A stretch of 64,000 nt of DNA from Oculina patagonica. Its lineage: Eukaryota. The stretch spans positions 8,060,001 to 8,124,000 of the forward strand of contig NC_135767.1 in the NCBI RefSeq assembly GCF_052425735.1. Reading direction: 5' to 3'. Positions 35,705 through 48,112 of this stretch are shown here, one piece after another (position 1 is the stretch's first letter; every line of letters begins with the position of its first letter). A program made the position numbers and the translations under genes. The notes under the pieces were generated by a model. It had not been told where the DNA came from. It searched no databases and saw only the letters and a program-made list of their open reading frames with translations.

Positions 35705-38298
35705 TATGGCAAGCCGACTGTAGCAATATTCAATATTTTTATATTTATTCAATTTAATATTTATATTTATGTAATATTTTTATATTCATTCAATTTAATA
35801 TTTATATTTATTTAATATTTTTATATTCATTCAATTCAGTATTTATGTTTATGTAATATTTTTTTATGTTTATTCAATTCAATCCCCGTATATGTATGTA
35901 AACACTTTTTAATCATTTAATTTAATCTGTCTATATTCATTTAATCTGTTTATATTCATTTAATTTAATCTGTGTATATTCATTTAATCTTGGGGACTGG
36001 GGCAAGCCATCAGATCAGAAGAAGGAAGGACTGGGAAAGAAGCAATATGGCGGATAAGGAGTCGGAGGAAGAAGGTTTCAACAATGAAGGTTTTGACATT
36101 GTAAGAGACCTGCCTGCGTTTTTAGCTTCGGTTTTAGATAAAACGGAATACATTTGTCAAAATGACGTTGACGAAGGAACTGCCGAAGCGCATGCTGAAG
36201 TGATTGACCAGAATATTACGCTCGGTCAGTAAAAAACACGGACTACGGACTACGGACTGGGTATAAAACCCAGACTGAGGTATAAAATGCGGACTCAAAC
36301 TGCCGACTAGGTATAAAACACGGACTGCGGTATAAAATGCGGACTAAGCATATAAAATGCGTTTAAAAGCGAACCACGGCTAGAAATAACGAGAACCCAT
36401 CAAGGATGTACATACATGAGCATAAAACTATTGTTCACGCAAAACTGTGCATGTGACCGCATGTAACGCAACGGACTTTATATGTCCTTTGTCGGCTCGT
36501 ATTACGTTGATGTTTGTTATCGAAGAGAGTAAATAAATCTTGTTCAGAGTTTACCGTTTTGTCATCCGTTGAACTTCGTAGGGATTCACCTCGAACAATT
36601 ATGATCTTTCTCGGCAAAGTACCTTACAGTCAAAACAAGCTACCTTACGGTTTACGGAGCTTACAGTCAAAACAACTGAAGGGTTTTTCTCAAGAGTCAA
36701 CAATTATTATTCAATGTACAGGAATTTGATATTTTTTTCTTCAACGTCCCGCTCGGAGCGGGACGGCTGTAGACAGGCTATCCCATTGTCGAAGTGAATA
36801 ATTCCTTGTTAAAACGAGAACTCGATTCAAAACCTGGTTTCAAACTCTAATGTTAAGTGGATTATCGTCTGGCTTCACATGACAGACACGTACGAATTTT
36901 GCTTATTTTCGCTGCTACACTAACAGACTAACACACGGTTTGATTTCACGTTTCGCCATTCGCTTATTTCAACACTCCCATGATAGCAAAAAAGAGGCAC
37001 GAAATTTTGATGAAGTGAAGTGGCTAAAAAAATTCTACTAGCAGAAGAGAAACACACGGGGGAAAGTGTCTGACCCGGTTTTCATTGTCATGCAAATTAG
37101 GGTTGTTTGTCAAATTCTCACGTGCCTGCCGCTTGAGGCCAGATATTCAGTTGAATCCCAAGATATCGAACCTTCAAGAGAAATCGAAAAAGGGTTCGAG
37201 ATAGCAAGGGTAATATTAGTATTAAAAAAACTGGAGGGGAATCGGAGAAGGTTCGAGTTTAGCAGGAGGTTCGAGTTATTGAGGGTTCGAGTTATCGAGA
37301 TTTAACTGTAATGAAATCAACAACATTTTGAGTTTTGATTCGAGTCTCCACTACAACTCCAACAATGGAAGACTAAAGCGCAGGAAAAAAACAAGTTTTA
37401 AGTGCCTCCCAATTGGAGGAAATTTTAAGGTGTTTTGACAGTGCTTTGCCGTAACCTATAAGCAGGCTTTCTGCAGGAAAAAGGCTAACTTTGTTGAGAA
37501 AGTCAACTTTTAATGCCAACAGCCTTTCTTCTCGTTAATTTTACCATCAGGTCACGTTTGTAAGCAGTTTCCATGCTTAGTCCGCATTTTATACTGCAGT
37601 CCGTGTTTTATACCTAGTCGGCAGTTTGAGTCCGCATTTTATACCTCAGTCTGGGTTTTATACCCAGTCCGTAGTCCGTAGTCCGTAGTCCGTAGTCCGT
37701 AGTCCATGTTTTTTACTGACCGAGCCAGCTGGAAAGTGCATGCAGAACAGCTTTTCTGTGGAACAGCTTCGTTTTGTCCTCCTGTAATATTCTGGTCAAT
37801 CACTTCAGCATGCGCTTCGGCAGTTCCTTCGTCAACGTCATTTTGACAAATGTATTCCGTTTTATCTAAAACCGAAGCTAAAAACGCAGGCAGGTCTCTT
37901 ACAATGTCAAAACCTTCATTGTTGAAACCTTCTTCCTCCGACTCCTCATCCGCCATATTGCTTCTTTCCCAGTCCTTCCTTCTTCTGATCTGATGGCTTG
38001 CCCCAGTCCCCAAGATTAAATGAATATACACAGATTAAATTAAATGAATATAAACAGATTAAATGAATATAGACAGATTAAATTAAATGATTAAAAAGTG
38101 TTTACATACATATACCGGGATTGAATTGAATAAACACAAAAAAATATTACATAAACATAAATACTGAATTGAATGAATATAAAAATATTAAATAAATATA
38201 AATATTAAATTGAATGAATATAAAAATATTACATAAATATAAATATTAAATTGAATAAATATAAAAATATTGAATATTGCTACAGTCGGCTTGCCATA
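35705..38298. mobile_element. Non-autonomous IS3EU-like DNA transposon with 515-bp inverted arms
   Basis: Termini TATGG...CCATA; exact 6-bp TSD GTTCGA (35699-35704 and 38299-38304); arms 35705-36219 and 37784-38298 are near-identical inverted copies. Confidence 0.8.
36220..37725. mobile_element. Internal TIR element with (GGACTAC)n subterminal repeats
   Basis: GCTCGGTCAGTAAAAAACA(C/T)GGACTACGGACT...GGACTAAGCAT at both ends in inverted orientation (~130-150 bp). Confidence 0.75.
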
Positions 38299-38489
38299 GT
38301 TCGACTGACTGCCATCTTGGTTCCTGAACGCGAGCGAAAGCTGGGGAGAGTGCAAAATGCCCGTGGGTAGGGGTGCCCGCATCCCTACCAACGGGGTTTT
38401 TGCTCTCTCCCCAGTTTTCGCTCGCGTTCAGGAACCCGTCGAACTCAACGATCGATCTCGACGATTTCACGGAAAATACAGGGGACTGT

Positions 38490-39138
38490 TAAGAAATGCA
38501 GTCGCTTCGCCTACGAGTGGATTCGCTAACGAGCAGTTCGCTATCGTCTTTAGAGGTCGATTCGCCTTCGTCTAAAGGCGTTTCGCTAACGAACTGTAGG
38601 TCGTTTCGCTTACGTATAAATAAAGTTATGACGCTAACGTCTCTTTTAGTAAGAAGAGAAACACTGAAATAATTTTGAAATCGCAGCCACCTTTTTGGCG
38701 TTTAAAATTCGCTAACGTAGTCGCCCTTTGCTCACGCTTAAAGAACGAGAAATATTCTTAGTCGAACTTTTGATCAACTTTCGGTCGAAGTCCTTTCGCT
38801 CCTATGTTTGCCATGTTTCCTAGGCCTAGGTGGTTTATCAAACTGGATAAACGTGGAGACACATTTAGTTTTGTTTATAACTGTCGTCTTACGTCTGTGT
38901 TTGATGGCATTGTCAAAATCCAAGTTGGAAAGGAATCTTTTATGCGGATTGATTCAGGCATTGTTATGTTCTATCACTACATTTCAAAATGTGAATCTTT
39001 ATAATACGTTAGCGAAACGACCTATAGCTATAGTTCCCTGGCGAACAGACTTCAGACGTAGGCCAATCGACCAAAGACGTAAGCTGAAACTGCTAGCTCG
39101 TTAGCGAATCCACTCGTAGGCGAAACGACCGGTTACCG
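38490..39138. mobile_element. Non-autonomous TIR element inserted in the right end of a host MITE
   Basis: Subterminal IR TTCGCCTACGAGTGGATTCGCTAACGAGC / GCTCGTTAGCGAATCCACTCGTAGGCGAA; CTGT duplicated on both sides; TTCGCTAAC repeats. Confidence 0.7.
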
Positions 39139-39259
39139 CTGTGAACAATCTAGTTATTGGCTTCATATTTTTATCCAATAGCCTATCCTATATTTTTATC
39201 CTAAAGATAACATGAGGGCAAGATTAGTGGCGCGAGTATTGGTTTAACGTGTCTTCGAA

Positions 39260-39362
39260 AACGTGTACACGCGAGCACGAAATCGAGTAAAAAAGAAAAA
39301 AAAGGAAACACGCCAGGACTAGACAGTAGACACGCCCCCATGTACCGCCTCCACTATATAAC
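39260..39362 (+). promoter_or_regulatory. Putative serpin promoter (GC box plus TATA)
   Basis: CACGCCCCC...CCGCCTCC-ACTATATAA about 50 bp before the ATG; near-identical block at 42276-42380. Confidence 0.6.
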
Positions 39363-39407
39363 TAAAGGAAGACTTGGAAGAGCTAGCAATCTGCAGAAAC
39401 CATCAAA

Positions 39408-40573
39408 ATGGCTGCTACAGAAAGCGGGGTTGTGGGGAAAGCGACGAACAAATTCGCTCTGGATCTGCATCAATGCCTCGTAGATGGCAATGAATTTGCC
39501 AATGACAATCTCTTCTATTCCCCTGCCAGTCTCCTCATTGCTCTTGCGATGACATCTTATGGAGCCAGGGGAAATACTGCGGCAGAAATATTGAAAGTTC
39601 TTCACGTTGCTTTGGTTTCTTCACCCGACCTCAACAAGAGCATGAAGAAATTCATTGACACGTTAAATGGAGCAAGCGACGAGAACAACAAGTTGCTTAC
39701 AGCAAACAGGCTGTTTGTTGAAAAGAGCGTTGAAATCCTGAAAGCCTTTAAAGAAGGAACTCGGAGTTTTACGATGCAGAACTCGCTCTTGTTGACTACA
39801 TCACAAATGCGGAGAAAGCCAGAGAAGAGATCAACCGTTGGGTGGAAGAGAAAACAAATGACAAGATTAAAGATCTTATTCCTTCTGGAATGCTGAGCTC
39901 AGACACAAGGCTGACACTAGTAAATGCTATTTACTTGAAAGGTTTGTGGCTGGAGCAATTCAATAAGGAAAATACACATCCTGGGTCATTTTTTGGGTCC
40001 AAGAATAAAAAGATCAAGGTGCAAATGATGTACCAAGAAGCTGATTTCAAGTATTCCAAATCAGAGAAGCTGGCTTGCCAAATACTTGAGATGCCATACA
40101 TTGGCAAAAAGATGTCCATGGTAATCTATCTTCCTAACGAAACCCAGGGCCTTGTCAAATTGGAAGAAAGGATGACTTATGACAACCTTCAAGAGTCTCT
40201 TTCCTTGCTTGATGCCTCAATGGTTGAGGTGCGAGTATTCTTGCCAAAATTTAAGCTGACTCAGCAGTTTGACCTCAACAATATTTTGTCCAAGATGGGA
40301 GCCAAAGAGATGTTTATTCCTGGTAAGGCTGACCTCTCTGGTATCTCGACAGAGCCATTGTATGTCTCCAAGGTGGTTCACAAGGCTTTTGTTGAGGTGA
40401 ATGAAGAAGGCACTGAGGCGGCAGCAGCTACTTTTATTGAGAGTGTTTTTTTCTGCCTTCCCTCAAAGCCAACATTCAAAGCTGACCATCCTTTTCTGTT
40501 TCTCATTCGGCACAACAGCTCTGGTGCCATATTGTTCCTGGGCCGTCTCATGAAGCCAAGCCATGAAGAATGA
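39408..40573 (+). pseudogene. Intronless serpin 1 with 1-bp deletion (pseudogene or assembly error)
   Basis: ORFs 39408-39896 and 39842-40573 join if one C is restored at ~39763 (actcggag vs actcgcgag in all paralogues). [28 protein letters not shown] replaces the conserved NAIYFKG. Confidence 0.85.
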
Positions 40574-41409
40574 AAGATTCAGAATTTTTTTTAGAAATTA
40601 AAAAATTAGTAGTACATTTGAAGTCTTTGAACCTTTTTGTATGGCTCTGTAAAGACTGCTATTACCCATTGGAGAGTTCACTTGCTGTTAGACCACTTTG
40701 TGACAATTATTTGTAGTGAACCTATATAATATGGTATTTTACAGAATTGAAGGACACAAATCATATCTACATGTCAGTTTAACATAAACTGTTCTGCCAG
40801 AATGTGTAGGAAATTATTAAATGAATGGCATTAAGTTACCGTATAGTTATTCGAAGGCGCAGCGAAAAAATCTGTTTTCTGAGGAAGCACCAAGGGGGCC
40901 AAGCCGAGAGCCCAACAAAATCAGACTGCATACCGGAACACAGAAAACAAGAGAAATGAAAACCTACTGTTTGGACACAGAAAAGAATAAGAAACTTAGT
41001 AAACGCAAAGTATATCGTGGAAAAAACGAGAAGAACACCTGAAGTCAGCATTTGTTGAAATAGAAAAGAAAACCAAGCATACTCATTTGAAACAATGATA
41101 AATCAATTGTATGTTTGCTGTTAGGGTCAAAACGTTTTCAAAATGTATTGCAGTTATAGCTCTGACCCTTATAAATATTGTGAAATGTTTTTCACAGAAT
41201 CACAGTTTATAATAGTGACGTACATTTAGAGGCTGTAATGTATGGACATTTTGTTCTAAAGTAATTTTTAAACCAGAAACCAGTGAACTTGTCAGCGAGA
41301 AAGTAATCATTTTTTAACTGAGAGATAAAATGTTGATTTCTGTAAAGATTTGAAAAGTCCTGAACCATTGTCAATAGTGAATCAGGTGTGCTATATTTAG
41401 AAATATAAC

Positions 41410-41680
41410 TACCATGGATTGAAAAAAATTATGCTGTGGCTAAAGCAACTTATGGAGCTTTTTGTGGAGGCTGCTTTTGACTTTTATAAATGCCCTGCAA
41501 ATGGCAATTAATTTGCTATTATGACAATACTTTCTATTCTCCTGCAAATCTTCTTACTGCCCTTTTGATGCATCTTATAAAGCCAAGGATAAAGCTGCTG
41601 CAGAAATATCAATCAAAATCAATCAATAATTAATTTTATTTAATGAATAATGAAAGTTCTTTATGTGGCTTCAGTTTCGT
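41410..41680 (+). pseudogene. Highly degraded 5' serpin relic
   Basis: ttataaatgccctgcaaatggcaat...gacaatactttctattctcctgcaaatcttcttactgccctt...gctgcagaaata...aaagttctttatgtggcttcagtttcg aligns to HKCL.DGN..DNLFYSPASLLIAL...AAEI.KVLHVASVS, with stops and indels. Confidence 0.75.
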
Positions 41681-42275
41681 ACGTTAGTAAAAGTTAGATT
41701 GACATTTCTGGAATTGTGCTACATTTAAACGTTTAGCTAAGGCATTTACCTAGCAATTCACGGGACTTCAATTCATAAACCTTGCGTTACACAACCTCGT
41801 CCCCTGGGGACGAGGTTTTGCATATGCATGTGCGTTAGGGACAGACATAGTGGAGGGGGGGAAGAATGAAAATTGTTTGAGGGCCTGGAAAGAAAATTGT
41901 TTGCAAAAACGATATGAAACAAAAAAAGAGACAAAAAATGTTTGCAGAGGGAAACTAAAAAAAAAGTTGCAGAGGAAAATTTTCATCCCCCCCCTCCAAG
42001 AAAATAATGGTCCGTCCCTTACTCAAGAGCGTTACAAACGTAACAATCACGCAGAACATGTACCTGGCCAGCGGTTGTCCATAGGAAAATCCAAAATGGC
42101 TGCTCTTGGACTGTTGTTTGTTCTACAAATACTACGTGACTAAATTGAGGTGGGAATCCAAGAAAGAAAAGCGAAGTAACACTAAGAAAATGTCTTCAGC
42201 CGTCAATGATTCCAATAGAGCAAAGCCAATATTACTGGCGCGAGTATAAATGCCCGTTCTTCCGTGAGCACGAGA

Positions 42276-42380
42276 ACGTGTACACGAGCACGAAATCGAG
42301 TAAAAAAGAAAAAAAAGTATGTAAACACGCCAGGACTAGACAGTAAGACACGCCCCCATGTACCGCCTCCACTATATAAA
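42276..42380 (+). promoter_or_regulatory. Putative serpin promoter (GC box plus TATA)
   Basis: Duplicate of 39260-39362; TATATAAA at 42373. Confidence 0.6.
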
Positions 42381-42421
42381 GGGAAACTTGAATGAGCTAC
42401 CTAGCTGTAAAAACCATCAAA

Positions 42422-43588
42422 ATGGCTGCTTCTGACGGTGGGGTTGTGGCAAAAGCGACGAACAAATTCGCTCTTGATCTTCATAAATGCCTCGCAGATG
42501 GTAATGAATTTACCAATGACAACCTGTTCTATTCTCCTGCAAGTCTCCTCATTGCTCTTGCGATGACATCTTATGGAGCCAGGGGAAATACTGCGGCAGA
42601 ATTAATCAAAGTTCTTCATGTTGCTTCGGTTTCTTCTCCTGACCTCAACAAGAGCATGAAGAACTTTATTGACACCTTAAATGGAGCAAGCGACGAGAAC
42701 AACAAGCTGCTTACAGCAAACAGGTTGTTTGTTGAAAAGAGCTTTGAAATCCTGAAAGCCTATAAAGAAGGAACTCGCGAGTTTTACGATGCAGAACTCG
42801 CTCAGGTCGACTACATTACAAATGTAGAGAAAGCAAGAGAAGAGATCAACCGCTGGGTGAAAGAGAAAACAAATGACAAGATCAAAAATGTTATTCCTCC
42901 TGGAATGCTGAGCTCAGACACAAGGCTTACTCTAGTAAATGCTATTTACTTCAAAGGCTTGTGGCTGGAGCAATTTAAGAAGGAAAGAACGCGTCCTGGG
43001 TCATTCTTTGTGTCCCAAAATGAAGAGATCAAGGTTCAAATGATGTACCAAGAAGCTGATTTCAAGTATTCTGAGTCGGAGAAGCTGGCTTGCCAAATAC
43101 TTGAGATGCCCTACACTGGCAAAAAGATGTCGATGGTAATCTATCTTCCAAATGAAACCCACGGCCTTGCCAAATTGGAAGAAAAGATGACTTATGACAA
43201 CTTTCATGAGTCTCTTTCCTTGGTTGATGCCTCAATGGACGAGGTGGAAGTATTCTTGCCAAAATTTAAGCTGACTCAGCAGTTTGACCTCAACGACGTC
43301 TTGTCCAAGATGGGAGCTAAAGAGATTTTTAATCCTGGTAAGGCTGACCTCTCTGGTATCTCGACAGAGCCATTGTTTGTCTCCCAGGTGGTTCACAAGG
43401 CTTTTGTCGAGGTGAATGAAGAAGGCACTGAGGCGGCAGCAGCTACTGGTGTTGGTGTGGACGCAGCATGCCTTCGCCCAAAGCCCACATTCAAAGCAGA
43501 CCATCCTTTTCTGTTTCTCATTCGGCACAACAGCTCTGGTGCCATATTGTTCCTGGGCCGCCTTATGAAGCCAAGTCATGAAGAATGA
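42422..43588 (+). CDS. Intronless intracellular-type serpin 2 (388 aa; clade-B/leukocyte elastase inhibitor-like)
   Basis: NLFYSPASL, INRWV..KTNDKI, LVNAIYFKGLW, LPKFKL, inhibitory hinge [19 protein letters not shown]. Start chosen by homology to paralogues; the upstream ATG at 42392 lies just after the TATA. Confidence 0.95.
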   Translation: MAASDGGVVAKATNKFALDLHKCLADGNEFTNDNLFYSPASLLIALAMTSYGARGNTAAELIKVLHVASVSSPDLNKSMKNFIDTLNGASDENNKLLTANRLFVEKSFEILKAYKEGTREFYDAELAQVDYITNVEKAREEINRWVKEKTNDKIKNVIPPGMLSSDTRLTLVNAIYFKGLWLEQFKKERTRPGSFFVSQNEEIKVQMMYQEADFKYSESEKLACQILEMPYTGKKMSMVIYLPNETHGLAKLEEKMTYDNFHESLSLVDASMDEVEVFLPKFKLTQQFDLNDVLSKMGAKEIFNPGKADLSGISTEPLFVSQVVHKAFVEVNEEGTEAAAATGVGVDAACLRPKPTFKADHPFLFLIRHNSSGAILFLGRLMKPSHEE

Positions 43589-44451
43589 ATTAATGGATTT
43601 AGAATTTTTTTTATTGAAAATTGTAAAAGTAGAAGTACATTTTGAACCTTTCTATATGGCTCTGTTAAATTACCTAAACTGATATAGAGAGTTCACTTGC
43701 TTTTAGACCACTTTGTGACACTTTATTATATGTAGTCAACCTCTATAAATGGCATTTTGCAGAATTGAAGGAAATCTGAAGTTATTAAATGAATGACTTT
43801 GTATAATTAAGTTGCTGGAAAATCAATTTTTTTGTTTGCTGATAGGGTCTAAAAGTTTCATTAAGTATTGCAAAAGTTACTGGGCCTCATAAATATCTTG
43901 AAATATATTTCACGATTTATAACAGTGGACATACATTTAGAGGTTGTATTGTATAGACATTTTGTTCCAAGGTAATTTTTAGACGAGAAACCAGTGAAAC
44001 TGGCAGCACTTGAGAAAGTAATCCTTTTTTTTTTCATCTTTTTTTAAGTGAGAGGTGCAATGTTGATCTCTGTAAGGACTCGAAGAGTGCTGGATCATTG
44101 TCAATATGGCAAGGTTTTCCCAAGGAAATTATCTCTATATGATGAAATGATTATTTTATGCTGATTATAGGAACTATAAAACATTTGTGGAGGTGTATGT
44201 TATTGTTTAGCAGTCTCAGACATAAAGTTCACCAGAGATATTGTTAAATAGTTTTCTAAAATATGATCTCATCTGTCAGAATGTGACCTTACAAAAAATG
44301 TGATTTGTTTGAATAAGAAATAAATTTTATGGAGAATAAAATTATTTTAATAATAATAAATTGTAATGAATAGTATTACTACCAGCTGAAGAATATTTCT
44401 GCCATGAAATTGAAAATATTTTTGGTTTTTTTTTTTTTTTTTTTTTTTGGG

Positions 44452-44557
44452 GGTCATAGTGACTCTATTCTACCAGGTGTATAAATGGGTACCAGTGACA
44501 TAATGCTGGGGGGGGGGTTACCCTGCAATGGACTAGCTTTCCATTCAGGGGGAGTAC
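44452..44557 (+). mobile_element. CORE-type SINE internal fragment
   Basis: CCAGGTGTATAAATGGGTACC...CCCTGCAATGGACTAGC...CAGGGGGAGTA matches 34103-34183. Confidence 0.75.
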
Positions 44558-46345
44558 AACCCCAAGAGAAATATGTAAAATATGTAAACTAAAATCCTTA
44601 ATTTCCCTGGGTGTCTTCCAGACACATCCGGGCGCTTATTAACTTTTCCTACCTACAGGGGGGTGCTTATTCGAGGTGGGCGCTCATTCGAGGTTGGGCG
44701 CTTACCTAAAAAACTTTTTTTTTTAAAACCAATCGAATAAATACGGTATCATTGTCTTATAATTACTACTATGAATAATTTAAAAAAATACCAATAAAAT
44801 TAAGAATGATGAACCTACCAAAAATTTTATTTAACACATAATTATGAAACAGATTTTCATGGTAGTAATTGTGATCAATTCATTACAATATATTAAATAT
44901 ATCTCTTATATTAATTAAATAATCTTCTATCCTCAAAAGTTTTCTAATTAGCAAATTGTATTATTTTGAAAAATTTCCAGGCCTCATTTAGATCTACAGT
45001 CAACTCCCACTACAATGGATACCTTTACCACAACTTGGGGTCTGTAGTTGAGGAGGTCCATAATTAAAATTAAACGGGAGTTGGGGTTTTTGTGTTTGGG
45101 GGGGGGTTGTTTTTTTTTTTTTTTAATAGGAGTTATTTTTAGCACTTCTCTTATTCACCCGGACTTCAACTTCTGTCTTATTTGCTTTTTCGAAGCAAGG
45201 TGGGAGTTCAGTAGATCATTAAATAAGTTATTATATCAAGCCCATATCTATGTTTAGGAATGTTATATGATTTCTTGGTCACAGCAATATTCTGACATTT
45301 TTTTTTTAGATAAGATAAGATAAGATTTTATTTACCTCTCCAAAAATGGTTTTCAGGGCAAATTACAATAAAATGTTAAAAATGTTTCATGGTTATTAAC
45401 TCTTATATAGCACTTTGTTCATACCAATAACGAACTTGCCAACTGCACAAACGACTAACATAATTATTTTGTACTTTTCAGTTAACAAAACATTATTTTT
45501 TTTACAGAGGACTGCACTAGTTTCTTGGTTAAAAATTGCTTTGCAACAAAATGTCCCCAGCCCATTAACGTATCCTAAAATGATTCAAGAGTTTTAGTCA
45601 TAAAAACTATAATTAAAAATTTTTCATAGTATTTTTGAGGGCCAATTCCTAATGCAATACATTAATGAAAATGTTTGACCCTATCAAAATATGATTTACA
45701 TGCTATTTTAACCTACAAATAGTCAAACTTTGTTAACAATTTATTTTAATAATAATTTACTAATCCACTTAAATCATCTGCAGCAATATTGTAGAGCACA
45801 ACTGAACATATTCATATAGAAGTCTGCGTAATATAAATGGTTATTATAATATTACAATTATTATTATCATCATCAACAGTTCATGTTAGATCTAATACAC
45901 ATTTCTACATTTCTGTAAATAGAGGATAATACATAGTTGCGCTGAGATTGAAGTTCATCTTGGAGTGTTCATATTGATATTGAACGCGAGAAAAGAAATT
46001 TCATATCTCCAAGCAACCATGTATTATTTTATTTTATAAACCTACTAATAACAAGGTTTTTGATGATTTTCCAAAGATTTCCGACCATTTTCAGAAGAAG
46101 ATTTCAGAAGATTGCTGAAGAATGCCAAGGAAGATCTGAAGATGTTTCAACTACATCTCGACAAACTTTGGCTCATTTAGTATTGAAACATGCTTAACTT
46201 GTCAGCAAACGTGTCGAAATTGATATCTACCGGAAATCACATGTGAAAGATATCATATCTTTTACAGTGTAAAGATATGATGATTTTTCTCATTGAGAGA
46301 AATCCTGGTGGTGGTAATTCAGCTCTGAGTTTATGAAAATAAAAT

Positions 46346-47515
46346 TCAGCCTTCATGAGCTGGTCTCATGAGACGGCCCAGGAACAATATGGCACCAGAG
46401 TCGTTGTGGCGAATAAGAAACAGAAAAGGATGGTCAGCTTTGAATACCGGCTTCGGCAATGGCATAGAAAATGTATTGACACCAATAGCAGTAGCTGCTG
46501 CTGCCTCAGTGCCTTCTTCATTCACCTCGACAAAGGCCTTGTGAACCACCTTGGAGACAAACAATGGCTCTGTTGAGATACCAGAGAGGTCAGCCTTACC
46601 AGGAATAAACATCTCTTTGGCTCCCATCTTGGACAAGATGTTGTTGAGATCAAACTGCTGAGTCAGCTTAAATTTTGGCAAGAACACTTCCACCTCATCC
46701 ATTGAGGCATCAAGCAAGGAAAGAGACTCTTGAAGGTTGTCATAGGTCAACTTTTCTTCCAATTTGGCAAGGCCGTGGGTTTCGTTGGGAAGATAGATTA
46801 CCATGGACAACTTTCGGCCAGTGTATGGCATTTCAAGTATTTTGCAAGCCAGCTTCTCTGACTCAAAATACTTGAAATCAGCTTCTTGGTGCATCATTTG
46901 GACCTTGATCTCTTCATTCTCAGACACAAAGAATGACTCAGGATGTGTTCCCTCCTGTTTGAATTGCTCAAGCCACAAACCTTTGAAGTAAATAGCATTC
47001 ACTAGAGTCAGCCTTGTGTCTGAGCTCAGCATTCCAGAAGGAATAAGATCTTTGATCTTGTCATTTGTTTTCTCTTCCACCCAGCGGTTGATCTCTTCTC
47101 TGGATTTCTCCACATTTGTGATGTAGTCAACCAGAGCGAGTTCTGCATCGTAAAACTCGCGAGTTCCTTCTTTAAAGACTTCCAGGATTTCAAAGCTCTT
47201 TTCAACAAACAGCCTGTTTGCTGTAAGCAGCTTGATGTTCTCGTCGCTTGCTCCATTTAAGGTGTCAATGAACTTCTTCATGCTCTTGTTGAGGTCAGGT
47301 GACGAAACTGAAGCAACATGAAGAACTTTCAATATTTCTGCCGCAGTATTTCCCCTGGATCCATAAGATGTCATCGCAAGAGCAATGAGGAGACTTGCAG
47401 GAGAATAGAACAGGTTGCCATTGGCAAATTTATCGTTATTTGCAAGACATTTATGAAGATCAAGAGCGAATTTGTTCGTAGCTTCCGCCACGAACCCACT
47501 TTGTAAAGCAGCCAT
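46346..47515 (-). CDS. Intronless serpin 3 (389 aa)
   Basis: Intact ORF with all serpin motifs; [29 protein letters not shown]. Confidence 0.95.
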   Translation of the reverse strand: MAALQSGFVAEATNKFALDLHKCLANNDKFANGNLFYSPASLLIALAMTSYGSRGNTAAEILKVLHVASVSSPDLNKSMKKFIDTLNGASDENIKLLTANRLFVEKSFEILEVFKEGTREFYDAELALVDYITNVEKSREEINRWVEEKTNDKIKDLIPSGMLSSDTRLTLVNAIYFKGLWLEQFKQEGTHPESFFVSENEEIKVQMMHQEADFKYFESEKLACKILEMPYTGRKLSMVIYLPNETHGLAKLEEKLTYDNLQESLSLLDASMDEVEVFLPKFKLTQQFDLNNILSKMGAKEMFIPGKADLSGISTEPLFVSKVVHKAFVEVNEEGTEAAAATAIGVNTFSMPLPKPVFKADHPFLFLIRHNDSGAILFLGRLMRPAHEG

Positions 47516-48112
47516 GTTTGCAGTCGTTGTAGCAGTAGTTACCAGGTTTTCTCTGAGGTTCTCTCAAGTTGAGGCGCGGCAGGTGGTGCGTCACGCGTGT
47601 CACGCACGATGTGTCGCGTAGCTTTTTGTCTACATGTAGGGCCCGGTGTCCATCCCTTTGGGGGGTCAAGTTTTTGACCCCTTGTATTAACTTTTAACGC
47701 AATTCAAGGCTGAGCGAATTTTCTTGGTGTCTACCATTTTCCTTTTAGTTAATTTCGGACTTTTTGCGAGATCCGTACTGAAGGCTAACAATTTATCTAA
47801 CGCAGGATTGGAGACGACACTGTTCGGGTTTAGCGTGACTGTAACGTAAGGGTTGATATGTCAACTTTCGTGACAGCGCGTGACCATCTCCCTTGTGTTA
47901 AATGCATAGTTCGTGCAAAATAAAGGTGATGTGAAATTTGCTGAGAATGTCTTTTCCGGGAGAATTTTAATACAAAAGAAGAGAAAGAGAAATATGTAGC
48001 ACGGATTTAAATTACAGGACAGGACAATCGGCCAAACCCCCTCGAGACACGCCCCCCATTCTCCGCCTCAAAGGAAAAGAACCTGGTAACAATCGTTGCA
48101 CAAACTACAAAC

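Noticed and set aside
35972-38031. ORFs 35972 (+) and 37639 (-) as a duplicated host gene
   Set aside because: They lie in transposon arms, are truncated by the inner element and use non-ATG track starts
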